A stretch of 64,000 nucleotides of DNA, taken from Chrysomallon squamiferum. Its lineage: Eukaryota > Animalia > Mollusca. The translations under genes and the position numbers were made by a program. The notes beneath the pieces were generated by a model. The model was not told where the DNA came from, made no database searches, and was given only the letters and a program-made list of their open reading frames with translations. The stretch lies in assembly GCA_012295275.1 (NCBI GenBank), contig CM022669.1, positions 16,678,001-16,742,000 of the forward strand, written 5' to 3'. Below, piece after piece: positions 1-61,158 of the stretch (within the stretch, counting starts at the first letter, position 1; every line of letters starts with the position of its first letter).

Positions 1-1554
1 AAGATGTCGAAGGGTTAATGCCCCTGTCAGAAATAACCACTTGATGTCGCTTCAGCGGATGGAGACTGGGAAGCAGACGGGCATAAATTTTGTACAGCGC
101 CAGGAATAAAGACTTTGACAGGGACGCGGGGCGATTTCTCGCGATTAAACTACAGTAACTTAATGCGATATCAATACGCATGCGTGCAGCTCACTTCCTG
201 CTTAATGAAGTATTAATTACTGGCAAGTGACTAAACTGATCATTATTACTTTGCTGCGGAACTCGTGTAATATGCATGTATAAATGGCAGCGTTAATGAA
301 CCATTGTAATTCATTTTCTCTCGTTCATTTGCTCTTAGAAAACACCCACCCACACAGGCTCACACAGACCCAGACACAGACACAGACATATCGTTGGTTC
401 ATTTTTCTGTTCCAAGAATAACTATTCTTCTTAATTAACTGCGTATCATTTCAGAATCAAATATATAATAAAATAAAATAAAATAAAATAAAATGTAACA
501 AGCAAGTACGTAAGTAAGTAAATAAATAAGTGAATAAATAAATAAATAAATAAAAGGTAATGACCATAATGATTAAAATTATATAATAAACTGTAATTAT
601 TATGTATAGGAACAGATCTGTTTATGACTTCCCGAATTCTAAAAGTTGGCGAAACCTTTTTTTCCTTAGTCGAAAAGAAAAACTTAATCTTATAACCGTG
701 ATTCTTTACCAAGCCACTCCTTATCAGTATACAGTAGACTGGTTTTAAGTGTTATAACAGTCCCGCTAACAGCTGTCAGCGCAGTATTGCCAAAAATACC
801 AGTCATTATATGGCTTGTCGTTATTATTAAACGTGCAGATAAAAACACTTCATAGCATTATGAACCCTTGTTATTTGTTCCACAAACAGGTATCATTTAA
901 GCACTGAGCGGCACAGATCTTGAATACCATGTATGATGGAATTTGTAAGTTAACATGGATGACTTCAATGACTTAGCCAGGCTGAGTGTAGAGTCACTTC
1001 AAAAGATAAATTCTTGCTGGTTATTTTTAATCATATTTTTTTGAAAGATTACTTCTGTTGACGTGCCTGCCAAGGACATAGTTCTGCAAGGGAAATAACC
1101 TGAAAACCTTTGTATACCAGATTTTTAATTTTTAATGACAGATACAAAGAAGATTATTTAAAGGAATATCGATATAAATGATTCCTTTTTTAACCGATAC
1201 ATTATTCTTTGGTGCTCTTTTTACGATCACACGTTGATGTTAATTTTCCAGAACAACTGATAGAAAACAAAAGCTTCTATTCTCAATGCAGAAAGATCTG
1301 TTTAGGAGCGAATGCTGCATAATGTTCCGAGAGTAGTGAACTTGGACCATTAAGTTACCATAATCATAATTATGCAGACACCAGATTCAAGCCAAAACAT
1401 TAACTGACAACAGACAATGTCAGTATGTGTTTCTTTATAGCCATGGTGGTCTGTTATAACGTAATCTAATGCACATTTTTACAAACAGTAATGTGGGTGT
1501 CATTGCCACTGTATCACTGATCTGGTGGTTAAAATAGCTTCCAAAGTCTGGTAT

Positions 1555-1694
1555 CAGCAGGGATCGAATCACGCTATGAGCTCTTATGTAGAGTTAATAG
1601 AGAACGTGGAAGGCAATTAAATTATCTCTTTTCTTTAACAAGAATGTTCTGAACAACTGCTTCTTATGCATGCGCTCTAACCATTGAACTCCAG
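1555..1694 (-). mobile_element. Possible degenerate tRNA-derived SINE remnant
   Basis: Minus strand has A-box-like GGAGTTCAATGGTTAGAGCGC and B-box-like GATTCGATCCC, but about 100 bp apart, which is longer than usual. Confidence 0.25.
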
Positions 1695-1758
1695 TGTACT
1701 GAGACATAGAACGTCGAATCTTGTAATGGGTTAATAATTGAATTAGTCAATAAGACAT

Positions 1759-1762
<4 letters not shown>

Positions 1763-1839
<77 letters not shown>

Positions 1840-1847
1840 GTGTGTGT
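1763..1847. repeat. (TG)n microsatellite
   Basis: Direct reading of the sequence. Confidence 0.95.
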
Positions 1848-2679
1848 ATTCATGTAGCCTTACATATGCTGCAAAATGGAATATTGCTGCAAAAATTATA
1901 ATGAAATCGTAACAATACCATCGTCGAAAATAAGTTAGATTTTCTGAAAACGCCCAGAGGCAAACTGATTGCCATTATATCTGTATATAAATGTGTGTGT
2001 GTGTGTGTGTGTGTATGTGTGTGTGTATGTGTGTGTGTGTATGTATGTGTGTGTGTATGTATGTATGCTTGATAATACATTAGAAATGTACAGATGTTTA
2101 TTACTATGTACTGAAATGCTGCTTAATACACGAAGCAGTCCATACATAAACAACAACAACAAAAAAAAAACGATCGTAAATAATACGTCAGGTCTGCGCC
2201 TTACTCCACATCAATGGAAGAAGCTCGTTACAAAAACGCGTACAGTAAAATAAATCCACACACGAAACGAAACGCAACCTTTACCAAGAGATAATGACCC
2301 TCGAGTGTTTAAGTTATGGTTTTGTTGGAAATTAGTTCACGAATCAGTCGTAACAGAATAAGACTGGGCAAAAATTACATACATTTTTTATTGGACTCGG
2401 TAATGTGCAGTTTGGGAATTTCTTACATCTCTCAAAGGCGTCGTAAAATAATTTTGTGGAAAAGGCGTAGATCGTGCGACTATTTTACTTGTGCATAGGT
2501 AATTGAAAAAAATGTCTTCACTGCGACCTCGTTAAGAACATCTTCGGTCACGACAGCCAGAAGCAGTGAGGATAAGTAATTAGCAATATAATTTTTTTTT
2601 TTTAAAACTCAATTTTAGACTTTTGAAAAAAAAATGCTTGAACTGTTCGTTCTGAAAGGGACCAATAGCTATCAAGATA

Positions 2680-2710
<31 letters not shown>

Positions 2711-3218
2711 CTTTAAAAGAAAGAAACCACAAAACAAACAAACAAGATAGATTTAAAAAACCCGTTAAAAACAAGAACAACAAAAAAAAACAAAAAAAAA
2801 AAAAAAAAAGAAAGAAAAAAAGAAAAATAGCAATAAATGAACGAAGAAAGAATATATAAATAAGAAATAATTTCAAGAAATAAAATGAAATAAAATAAAA
2901 TAAAATGTATTAAACCGATATTAAATATGACAGAAATAAAAGAAATACAGATAAGTACTTATAGAAGCACTCACTGGATAATAAGTGAGTACGATATAAT
3001 TATATTAAAAACATTTACTTAGAACAGCAAGCGCGCTTTCTAAACATCAATTATGGACAACAAAAACAACTTAACCAAAGATTATGGCAATGAAAACCAT
3101 TTTCATTCTCGCTTTACGAAATACTTACACAGTAAATTACCGGAGAAGACAGCAAAGCCGCCATAAGTAAAACACTCAGAAATTATATTTATTTTAAATT
3201 AACACAGTTATGACTTAC

Positions 3219-49905
<46,687 letters not shown>

Positions 49906-50950
49906 CTGAAATTAGAGAAAGAAAAAAAAGAGTTAAATACAAAGCATACTCGTTACCATGAATAAAAAAAGAGTTTATTGATGATCTGTTAGAAAGGCAG
50001 AAAGATTACACGATATCATATCAAAAAAAAAAAAAAAAAGCTCCCACAAATAATTAAAAAAAAAGCAATACAAAAGAAAAGAAAAGAAAACCGAACAAAA
50101 TAAAATAAAATAAAATAAAATAAAATAAAATAAGCAGACATGCAGATAGATAGATAAGCCAATAAATAATATAAAAAAAAAATAATCCAATATATATATT
50201 TATATATATATATAAATAAAAAAATAATTATATAAATAAATAATTAGACAGATAACGACTATACTGTTCATGTTAATTATGAAACTTATGAATTTTTAAT
50301 TCATGAACACGATATGTTTAAATTAGACCAGCATTTGAACTGAAAGTTTTGAGCAACATAAAATAAAAGGAGCAAAAAAAAAAAAAAAAAAAAAAAAAAT
50401 CCCCAACTATATATAAATAATAACGGAAATCTACGAAGAACAAAAGTTAAAAGATTACTAATAAAAACTTAAAAAATTAAAATAAACAAATGTTTTTTTT
50501 TATATATATATATAAAATGGCAGATGATGGCTATGAAGACTTATCATTATCATCAATCATCACGAAAAGCAACAAATATACGAGTGACGTAGGAAGGTAA
50601 TAATTACAGACTGGCATAAATTACATAAAACCACAGCATTTATTTATTATATAAAATGTCGTCAGAATAAAATGTACAAACACATGTCAAAACAACAACG
50701 TATATTCAGGTAAAAAATATAGTTATAATCATGCATTTAGAATAAAGATTAAAAACGAAGACATTGTACTAGAAAAAAAAAAAAATAATACAAATAATTA
50801 TAATTATAATAATAGTACGAAATGACATTACGTTATAGTTATGTGATGTCGTGTACACAGCGAGGTCGTGACACCTGATATATTTTTTTTCTCTATCTCA
50901 TTTGGCAGACTGCATGTGATAGCTCTTTCGCAGAACACCTGTTACAACGC

Positions 50951-51221
50951 GCCAGTGAAACAATGGTGACGTCATATCGATCGTGGGAGATATTTCGCAA
51001 CTAGTCCACACATACTTGTAATATTTCGTTATTGAACCATTCACATAATGACACTCACAGATGTGTCAGAAACCAAAGCGACACCGAGCCAGTGAAACAA
51101 TGGTGACGTCAAATCGATCGTGGGAGATATTTCGCAATTAGTCCACACGTACTTGTAATATTTTCGTTATTGGACCATTCATAAAATGACACTCACAGAT
51201 GTGTTAGAAACAAAAGTGACA
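50951..51221. repeat. Tandem duplication, 137-bp unit x2
   Basis: GCCAGTGAAACAATGGTGACGTCA...GACACTCACAGATGTG starts at 50951 and again at 51088, with scattered substitutions. Confidence 0.93.
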
Positions 51222-52869
51222 AAAAGCCCAAGGACGGGAAACTAACAGCTCATTTTTCAATAACGATTTTTTCTTTAATTGTTTTTTTTTCTTTTTTTTC
51301 AAGTTTAAAAAAAAAAAAAAAAGATGTAATAAAAATAAAGCCTGAGAAATCTGGAAACAACAAAGAGAAAACGAATTAAATGAAGATAGAAAATCGAAGG
51401 AAAGGTATAAAGAAAGAAAAAAAAAGAATTATGTTTTATACGTAGCAATAATTTATAACATGATGTTATTTAGATTAGCGCTGTAATTGGCAAATTGTAG
51501 TGAACGTTGATGACAGTTGCGGTGATTATGGCATCGTAACTGAGGATGTTGATGGAACAAAATGCTTGATGTATTATTAATAGCAATATTAAATTGAAGT
51601 ATTCGTATCACTCTTTGTAAGGTATAAGAAACAAAAACAAACATAATACAACTGCATTAATGGAGTAATTCATTCCGAGATCTTTCTGAATGGGCTAACA
51701 CCATCTTCTTAATCACGGTATTTTCTATTCAATGATTCAGGAATCTTTGATGATTTGGACATCGTGGTAAATGAATCAGTAAAAATTTGACGATGTAACT
51801 GCAGCTAAAGTATTTGTAGTTGTCGGCGAGGTCGAATAAATGTATTGCCAAATAGCAATAATGTAGATTAGTAAGGATGATGCATTTAGATGTCTAAGCT
51901 AACATCCCACCGATGACATCCACTGCTGTCATTTTGGGGAGTTTTACTTTTATATTATGATCACAGGAACGTTAAATGCACAAAAAACAACATACGAGGG
52001 ACACCGACATATAATAGCTATACTGAGTTAAATGGATGCGAGTTCAATATTTGCTACTGTCATTTTATTTTGCAGCTCTTACAAATCACCTTCATGGAAA
52101 CATTTACAAAATCATTTACATGTCTCTGCTTACAATTATATATACAATGGGCATGATTTAAGACAATAATGTTGACGAATATGTTGATGATGATGATGAT
52201 CAGTGATGACATCTTGACAATAAATGAATATTAATTTAGCCACATTACCTCTTATTAGGTCAAGGGTTATTCTGTCCTATTCAAAAGATCATTTACATGA
52301 TTTTACATTCAGTACACATCACATACACTGAATGAAGGCGACGATGATTATGTTGACATCTTTGTGAATGACAAATCTCAACATGCTTCTACCTACAGCA
52401 ACATACATATACCACTGACATTGATTCAGGACTTTATTACTGATGTATCTTGTATCTCGGTCAACAAACAAATATTAAATTTAGCAACATTAGATGCTGC
52501 ACGTCATGGGCTAGTTTCGCTATCAAGATTAATAATATCATTTACATGAACTTTCCTTGAAACAGAAGTGTGCACACACCATTGCTTTGAATACATAAAT
52601 CCTTCAGCACTCTTTGGAAGGTGAAGCTGACTCGAAGAACAAGAAATACAGCTTTGGAAGAAGTATCAGTGGAAACGGTCCTGGAGAATGAAACAGATTC
52701 GAGACAGCAGCGATCTAATTGAATTTCTCTGCTGAATGAATGATAAAACTGAAACACATTTCCCTGTAGTTTATGGCAATACTTTCCGACACGACGCAGC
52801 ACTGCAAATCTGAACGAATTTAATTAAACAGTCCGGGTTGAAAGGAGACAATGGACGTGTATTGAGTAT

Positions 52870-52906
52870 AGAGAGAGAGGGGGAGAGAGGGACGGAGGGA
52901 GGGAGG

Positions 52907-53000
<94 letters not shown>

Positions 53001-53003
53001 GAG
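52870..53003. repeat. (GGGA)n/(GA)n polypurine tract
   Basis: Direct reading of the sequence. Confidence 0.93.
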
Positions 53004-53599
53004 CGATGAAAAATGTTACCAGGTAAGGTTTTATTTGATAAATCGTCTACAAAACGTGGTTTGCTTTAGCAGACTATTTCTGTTTGACTGAATTTACCAA
53101 GACAGGTTACAACAAACAGATTCTCCCAGCTGAACTGAAACCGTGGCTGTGTGCGGATAGCTCGAACATTTGTACAACCACAATGAAATTAAATCTGTCT
53201 GTCACGGGAATCTTATTCAAAAGGCAAGTTTCTCACCAGTTTTATTATCATTGTTTGTTGGGGTTTTTCGTTGCTTTCTTTCATTGCATTTTATTCGTCT
53301 TTCTTTCTTTTTTCTAGATTTTTTTTTTTTTTTTGTTTCCGGACATAACGCAGTGCCATCGATTTAGAATCATACATATTCAAACTGAACATTGTCAAGA
53401 GACTTTTGCATAGACCAGACTACAGATAGGAAAATGTATATGATGGATAAATATTTTGGTTGAAAATAAGTTTTAACTCGGATGTTAAATAAAGAAACAT
53501 TGCCAATACAACGGATATTACATTTTTTTTTTGAAAATTAAAAGAAAAGAAAACTAAATATTGAAATATTTTTTCTAAAATTATGTCATTTATTGGATG

Positions 53600-53668
53600 T
53601 TTTTAAATTTACGATCTTAAATTTTCTGAGACCAACTCTCAGAAAATTTAAGATCGTAAATTGAAAAA
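53600..53668. repeat. Perfect 26-bp inverted repeat with 5-nt loop
   Basis: AATTTACGATCTTAAATTTTCTGAGA (53606-53631), loop CCAAC, TCTCAGAAAATTTAAGATCGTAAATT (53637-53662); pairing extends a further 5 bp after one mismatch. Confidence 0.92.
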
Positions 53669-53780
53669 TATATATATATTTTTTTTGTACCAAGTTATTT
53701 CTTTGGGAACCATAAGAATTTCAACACGTAATAAGTCGTTTCCTGTTACATTCAGATAAACTCACTAGATACTTTTTTAT

Positions 53781-53923
53781 ATCTTGTCCGTTAACAGTGC
53801 CATGCTGTGTTTTATTAAATAATTTATTTTTTTGTTTTTAAAGGTCACACCAAAAAATAAATAAATAAATAAAAATAAAAATTATTTAATGAGAGACAGC
53901 ATGGCATTGTTAACGGAAAAGAT
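53781..53923. repeat. 45-bp imperfect inverted repeat (fold-back/MITE-like)
   Basis: ATCTTGTCCGTTAACAGTGCCATGCTGTGTTTTATTAAATAATTT (53781-53825) versus the reverse complement of 53879-53923: 5 mismatches by eye, with an AT-rich spacer. Confidence 0.88.
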
Positions 53924-53925
53924 GA

Positions 53926-53992
<67 letters not shown>

Positions 53993-54769
53993 TACAAGTT
54001 AAACTGAATGAGAAATAAGAAAAATGTTCCAGAATAAAAAAAAATAAAAAAATAAAAATAAAAATTGGTTTATTTTCCTGTCGTTATTTTTTTTACTAAA
54101 TTTTTCCTTTGATTTTTTTCTGTCTCTCTCTGTTTCGGAAGCGTGACCTTGGTTTGACAGCCTGCGGTTATTTCCTTACAAAAGACGAACACAAATTCTA
54201 CCAACTCTTTCTCCAATCTAATCTCATTTAATTCATCAAAAAATAAAAAAAATAAAACTAAAAAATTTAGCAGAAGACGAAGAAAGGCTGTCGGACCAGA
54301 GAAATGAGATTAATTTAGTTGTGTGCATTACTTGTAACAAACGTCAGTTTATTTTCTTCTTTTTAAAAATTTATTTCGGGTCTGAATGCGTCCAGTTTCT
54401 AAAACGTCTTATAATTGATGACTGCAATAAATGGACTTTAAGATATAAAAGGTTTGAATTAGATAACATATATATGTGTATAATGTATGTTTGCGCTCTC
54501 ACATACATACGTACTAGTACTTACATACTTATATGAGTATATATATATATGAGATTATTTATTTATGTTTTAAACAAGTTGTTCAGTACAACGTTACGTT
54601 CAGTGCAGAAAGGTTTTGAATGATTTATTAACCTTTGTTAAAATAATGCAGATATTTTAAAGTGAAGATTATGGCAGTATAAGTGATTTTTCTACGCTCT
54701 GTCAAAACAGAGAAGATTCGGGTTTCAGTCAATGCAAAGTTATCATGTTTATAAACCAGCATATATCCA

Positions 54770-55015
54770 TTTCATTGTAGTAGCCACGTTTACCTACAGC
54801 ATCATGACTTCTTTGTAGTAATCCCACCATATTCAACATTCTTATTTTGCGGCAGTAACCCTGTATTTATCGTAGTATTCAGATTCGACTGCAGTATCCT
54901 CCATTTCACCGTAGCAGCCCCGTTTCATTGCAGTATCTTCATTTGGCGACGTCATCCCGTTTTCACACCAGTATCTCTACGTCGTCGCAGTATTCGGGTA
55001 TTAAATCGTAGTATC
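54770..55015. repeat. Degenerate ~20-bp minisatellite with GCAGTATC/GTAGTA core
   Basis: Repeated ttcattgtagtag, ctgcagtatcc, ttgcagtatct, cgcagtatt and cgtagtatc at roughly 20-bp spacing. Confidence 0.6.
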
Positions 55016-55767
55016 GTCACATAACGATACAGAATTACTTAACTGCTGATAGAGACATAAAAAACTGTCTTTCTCAATTCCAAAGCGAGGAGACAAGAAT
55101 TCTGCAATATGGCGTCAATCGGCAGTGTCACCTAACGTCGATACAATTCACACTAACAGTGTTATTTTATAAATAAATATGTTTGTCTTTCAGTCTGTCT
55201 CTTTGGGGCATTAATATTAACTTCTGTATTTCCATCGTTTGTTCATTATCGCTGTTCCTTAATATCATCTTGTTGTTTAGAAATACATTTCACCGTTATT
55301 AATGTCACAAGTTTATTCTATTATGTCAATCGGATTTCATTTCCTACGTCGGCAGTGTATGTTTGTATAAAGTTTTATTCTCCGTGTTAATATATTGAAT
55401 CTCTTTGTCAGTAAGCGGTGTTTCTGGTAATTGGTTTTCATTCTTATTAACGCTGTGTTCAGCTAGCAGAAGGCTTAAGTAAATATTACGTATGAATGTG
55501 AAAGTTCACAGTCCCAAACGAATGGGTAAATACAGATACAGATGTCATTACGTTCGCGAACACACAGAAATAATTCTGCGTGTTGTTGTCACCAGGTGAT
55601 TATTGTTATGTTAGCACGTGTTCTCGTGTTTGTGACTGTCGGTGGGTTTGAGGGTGTGCTGATGGGTCGATGTGTATGTGGTTGTACGTAAATATGTGTG
55701 AATTAATTTGTAAAGGTATGTAAAAAAGAACTAGTGTTTCTGTTGGAGTGTGCGTTTGTTTGTGTTT

Positions 55768-55865
<98 letters not shown>

Positions 55866-57492
55866 ACACACAGAGAGAAAGGAACACGTAGATATATTCA
55901 GGAATGTTATTGCTTAGTTACCTGCATTTTAAGTAAACGCCTGCCTGTTTGAATCTAAAAATAAATTGAAAACATTCATGGAGAACATTTTGGTGTTCTG
56001 TTGTTGTTATTTAAAAAAAAAAAAATTTAATATAATTTAAACCTTCCCTGAATGATTCAGACATCTCTGTATTTCTTATTTAAAAAGTAAAAAAATAAAA
56101 ATAAATAAAAAATAAAAGTAACGCCACACTGCAAATTTATCTTCATAAAATGAACACTGTTACGAGACAGATATCATCTGCAAAACACACACACATTTAA
56201 AACTAATTAATTACCAGCGACTAATAATTGCCACAGCCTAAGCTGTGCCGTAGGTTTTGGCGTAGTAATGCAAACCACATCCAAGTTAATGAGATTATTT
56301 TATACATGCACGTAGAGCTAAGCACGTATTTTTAATATGCTCTTTGAAGCAAACAAGAACCAATTTTAATAAGCGTTTGGATTTACGCAACAGCTTATTA
56401 TTTACATCCAACGTCGCTTTTAGATTTAGGTATATTTCTTCTTCTTTACTTCGATTTAAACGAAGTTTGTTCAGTCTTTTTACATACACTTAGTACTGTG
56501 TCCGTGTTAGACTGGCTCGTCGATAGAAGCAAGATGTTGTTGTTGTTGTTGTAGTTGTTGTTTCCTATTATTTCTATATAAATAAGTAACTAAAGACTGA
56601 CAGACCGAAAAACAGACAAATAATAAGACAGCCTAGTAGATGGAAGATTACATACAGACTTACAGACAAATGGATAAATAGACAAAGATGGGGCAACGGA
56701 CAGAAAAACGACTTATTTAAACTTAAGAAAAGTATTAAAAAACAAAGAAAAAACACCTCCAACAGAATACAGAACAAAAACTATGTGAAGTAACTAAAGA
56801 TATATCGAGATCAAACAGATCGTTTAGATGCATAACGACTATATTGAGAATAAAATGTACTTTAACGCCTCTTCTGAAAGCAATGCAAAAAAAAAAAAAA
56901 AAATCGACCAGGAACGTCTTAAAGTGTATGCATAAATGGCGTGAACGTTCGTGTTAGTTTTTCTCCTGACAGAACCGGCAGATTCCTGAGAACTCTAAAC
57001 CGGTTCTTTGACATTGCGTGACTGACGATTTGAAACTTCGTCCCACTTCGATGCAAAGGAGAAATGAAATAAAATAAAATGTTCTCTGCGCATTAACAAT
57101 GGCAGTGTCGTGTATTTTTATAGTTCCACGCGGTCTAAATACATTAACTGCATCCTTAATGGAGTCGTATATATATATATATATATAACCAACCCTGTTA
57201 TAGGCTTGTTTTATGTGTCACGTGAAACGTTATGCAATTTAAATCGAAAGGAGAAGATGAACAAAAAGAAGACGAAGAAGAAGAATGATTTAAGAAAAGG
57301 AGAAAAAGGATAATAAAAAGAAGATGAAGAAAAAGGATAATACAAAGAAGATGAAGAAAAAGCAAGACAAAAAGAAGATGAAGAAGAAAGACGATGAAAA
57401 TGATGATCATGAGAAGAGAATCTGAAGAAGAAAATCAACTAGAATGAAAACAAGAAGAGGAAATCACGTTGAAGGTAATATAATTATCATCA

Positions 57493-57524
<32 letters not shown>

Positions 57525-60500
57525 ATGATAATGATGGATGTATTGCTGGAATGATACGAACAGAAGCATAAGAAATAAAAGGCGATAGTATCAAAGCAAA
57601 TACACAACATCGACGTAAAAGAAAAAAAAATGTATAACAGGAAAAAAAAATAACAACAACATATTTTTCTATACTGTTAATTAACTGTTGATGACATGGC
57701 TTGTTTGTTGGAAGCAGCAGTAATTAAAACCAGACATGTGTAGTAGACAAAAGCCAACGACATCATTCTTTGTTTGGATCACTTACAAACATTTAGATGG
57801 AAGGATGAATACATCAGTGGATAAAGATAAACTGCTGGTTTCCTTTAGAAAATGTTTGGAGTCTTCCACCGAAATAATAAAAAAAAAATTTCACGTGCAG
57901 TGATTATATGCTTAGAATAAACTCTAAAAGTATGCTGACGTTAACATATTTATGCCTGTGTTAGAGAAATATCTAATATCCTCCATAGGACAAAATCTTT
58001 ATTGCATGAAAAGACGTTGTTTTCCTTTTCTAGTTTTTCGTTTTCTTTTCCAGTTCAACAAGTTTGTTTATGTACTTCGATTTAAGCAAGAACGTTGTGC
58101 ATGCACCTTTAGCAGATCAAGTATTGTTTTAGTTTCTAATTTAGAATAAGAAAAACTAAGGCATAAGCAATAATTTAATGCTGTTTTGTCATGAATAAAC
58201 AAGTTGATGTTTACCTTCAAAATATAGCGTTTGAAAACAAAGACAAATACAGAGAAATAATTCTTAAAAGAAGTAAAATGAAAACGAAACACGGTCAGAA
58301 AGAGAGAGATAATGAATGAGTGAGAGAGCGGCTGAATGAGTGAGAGAGAGAGAAAAGAAGAAAGAAAGATAGATGTAATACCATCCATACTGATATCATG
58401 TAAGGTAATCAATTAATCCTCTTAAGGTATTTTGTTTTTTTTTTTTCTTTTTTTTTCTCACTTTAATATTTTTCTTACGTTTTTGTGATGTTTTTGTCAT
58501 TAGTACACTAAAGTGCACGTAACCGAGTAAACAACTGCATATTTTGTCTGGTGAAAATAGAGAAATAGCTGCCCTCAAGGTAAACTAATTTATCTAGAAC
58601 ACGCCACACAGCAAAACGCCTTATCTGTTAGCTCGCCATTTCCATGTCTCAATCAGCGATGGATTACGTTGATAAGAAAGCCAGCAATGCCAGGGCAGTT
58701 CCAGGAAATTGAAAATGGAAACGTTTTTCCCAGTATTTATGGAATTTGGTCTTTCTCACTTTATTTTCGTGATTATAATATTATTTTCATCTATTTTGCT
58801 TCATCGTCATGATCGTTATTATCATCATCATTTTTTTTCTTCTACGTCAATATCGTCATCGTCATTCATCTTCTTCATCTTCACTACCAACGGCTTTACC
58901 GTCATCATCATTATCATTTTTTGTTTCTTCTACCATCAATGCAGTCATCATTCTTCTTCTTTTTCTCTCCCAACAGCTTTATCGTTATCATCATCGTTAT
59001 CATCATCATCATCATCATCATTACCATCATGATGCTCTTTAATGGCTACCACAGCCAACAAAGATAATCTGTATTTTTATTTTTACTTCGGCTTCAAAGA
59101 AAACAAAACCAGATCCCTCACGCGGGATTTTCCACGCCTTTCCCGCTGATAATAGCAGCCAGAAGACGATGCGGATCTTTCCAAATATTATCAATACAGA
59201 TCACGAGTTCGCGTAAAGGTAACGATACCGAACATGAAAATGATGCGAAGAATTTCTTGTAATCTGTCCGTGGTGGGTATTGGAAGCATGCGTAGAAAAT
59301 TTGGCACCGACGTTCATTTTAAGAGCTCCCGATAGCTATAAAATATCTACAAGACTTTTATCTGTCTTTGTCTGAATTTTCTAATTTTGTGTTTCTTTAT
59401 AAAGAAGTAAAATTAACCTTTTAAATGCCGTAATAAAGATAAACGTTTTCAAGATATTCAGGCATGACATGCATTGAAATATACTGCAAGGCTGAAGTCG
59501 AGATTAGAAATTTGATTGTGATGCTGCTGAAAGAAAAAGGAAACCCTATCTGGAAAATGCTGAGTTATCTTTTTAAATTTTTTGAAATTTCCTATTAAGT
59601 GTCATGACCTTAATTGCACGATCTAATGTTTTCAGTCCAAAAGTTTAGATACATTAAACACATTTTTGTTCCAGCCATTAAAATAACTGAAATCTGACAT
59701 TTAACGGTCAGGACCATAATTGGATCCTCTCGTGCTTTTGCTCCAGCAGTCATTACACATTTAAAAAAGTTTGATTTAACCATTAGAGTCGTTCAAATCA
59801 GACGTTAAATGACGTGACCATAACTGTGCATTACCGAGTTTTCGATATTTGATTTCAGATTGAAATTGTGATATTCTGTGGCAATATCTGGTCACGGTCT
59901 GAGTGTGTGTGTGTCTGTTTTTTTGTGTTTTTTTTTTTTTTGTGAGTATTAACTGACAGAATCGCTGAGAATTTCCATTAATCTGTTGGTCAGTGAGCAA
60001 GAAACCTGCACCTCGTACATCAGTCAGACAGATCAATTAGATTTTTCTAACAACGCCAGAAGATTGCTCGTTGCCTTCTTTTTACTTTCGTGCTTGAGAC
60101 CGTTTACTGGCTTCTTTCAACACTCCCTGCACATTCTGCTGCCCCATCACCTGCTACACTTGATCATCATGTTCGGATGGCTCCCCGCTGTTTGTTTATA
60201 TATAATTCCTAATTTTACTGAGTAAACCCTGTCACGAGGAGAATTTATGTGTTGTTTTCAAGACAGCCAAATTAGACCTTTTATTTTTATGGATGCATGC
60301 TTTATAGCTCTGAAGATGAAGCCCAGTAAACTCTGTTGACACCAGAAATGGAAATAACACCCGAATTTTTGTTTTATTTGTTTATTTATTTGTATACGTA
60401 TACTACTTTTTGCACTGTAATATACATAGGTGTGTGCTGCACTTATTGACGTTGATTCTAATATACATCCAAGCGTGTCTGTCTCTTTTGCGTAAACAAA

Positions 60501-61088
60501 TAAGATTTTGATTCTGCTCCGCTTTTGTACACTTACACAAGATCGCCCTACTCTTTCTGTCTGTCTCTGTGTGTAAAATGAAGTAACTAAGATTTTGTTT
60601 TTGTTTCGCTTTTACAGACATACACAGAATCATTCCGTTATGATGATGATGACAAAGACACAACAATCTGAAAACTGCACGTATGTTGATGAGACAGAAG
60701 TTTGGTTTAGCAAACAGATGTTAGATGAATCACTTTAATAATAGCTAGGACTAGATACGCTCTGCAGACAGAGCACAGAAATAAGCTGTAACGTGAGTTA
60801 ACGCTGTGTAGATTTGTGTTAAGGGAATATAAGATATACCTTTGGAGTTTTGTTGTAACTGACGATGATTTTCGTTCTTTTCTTGCTTTCTTTCTTAATC
60901 TTATTTATTTATTTTTATTTTATTTATTTATTTTTATTTTATTTGTTTTTTATTTAATTTTATTTATTTATTTTTATTTATTTATAAAATCAAACCAAAG
61001 CAAAAAATAAATATTACTTTCACGATTGAAACTATTTTTTTTCGCTCTCTGTGTTAACAACATCTTTAAATATTTTATATGTTTTATA

Positions 61089-61158
<70 letters not shown>

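Noticed and set aside
1-20. AAGGG-TTAA resembling a piggyBac-type terminus
   Set aside because: Too short, truncated by the window edge, and no partner end is visible.
1-3218. Expected next SK exon (GAGCTALVVAV...EKHVHNFM)
   Set aside because: Not found by eye on the minus strand; presumably beyond the window start.
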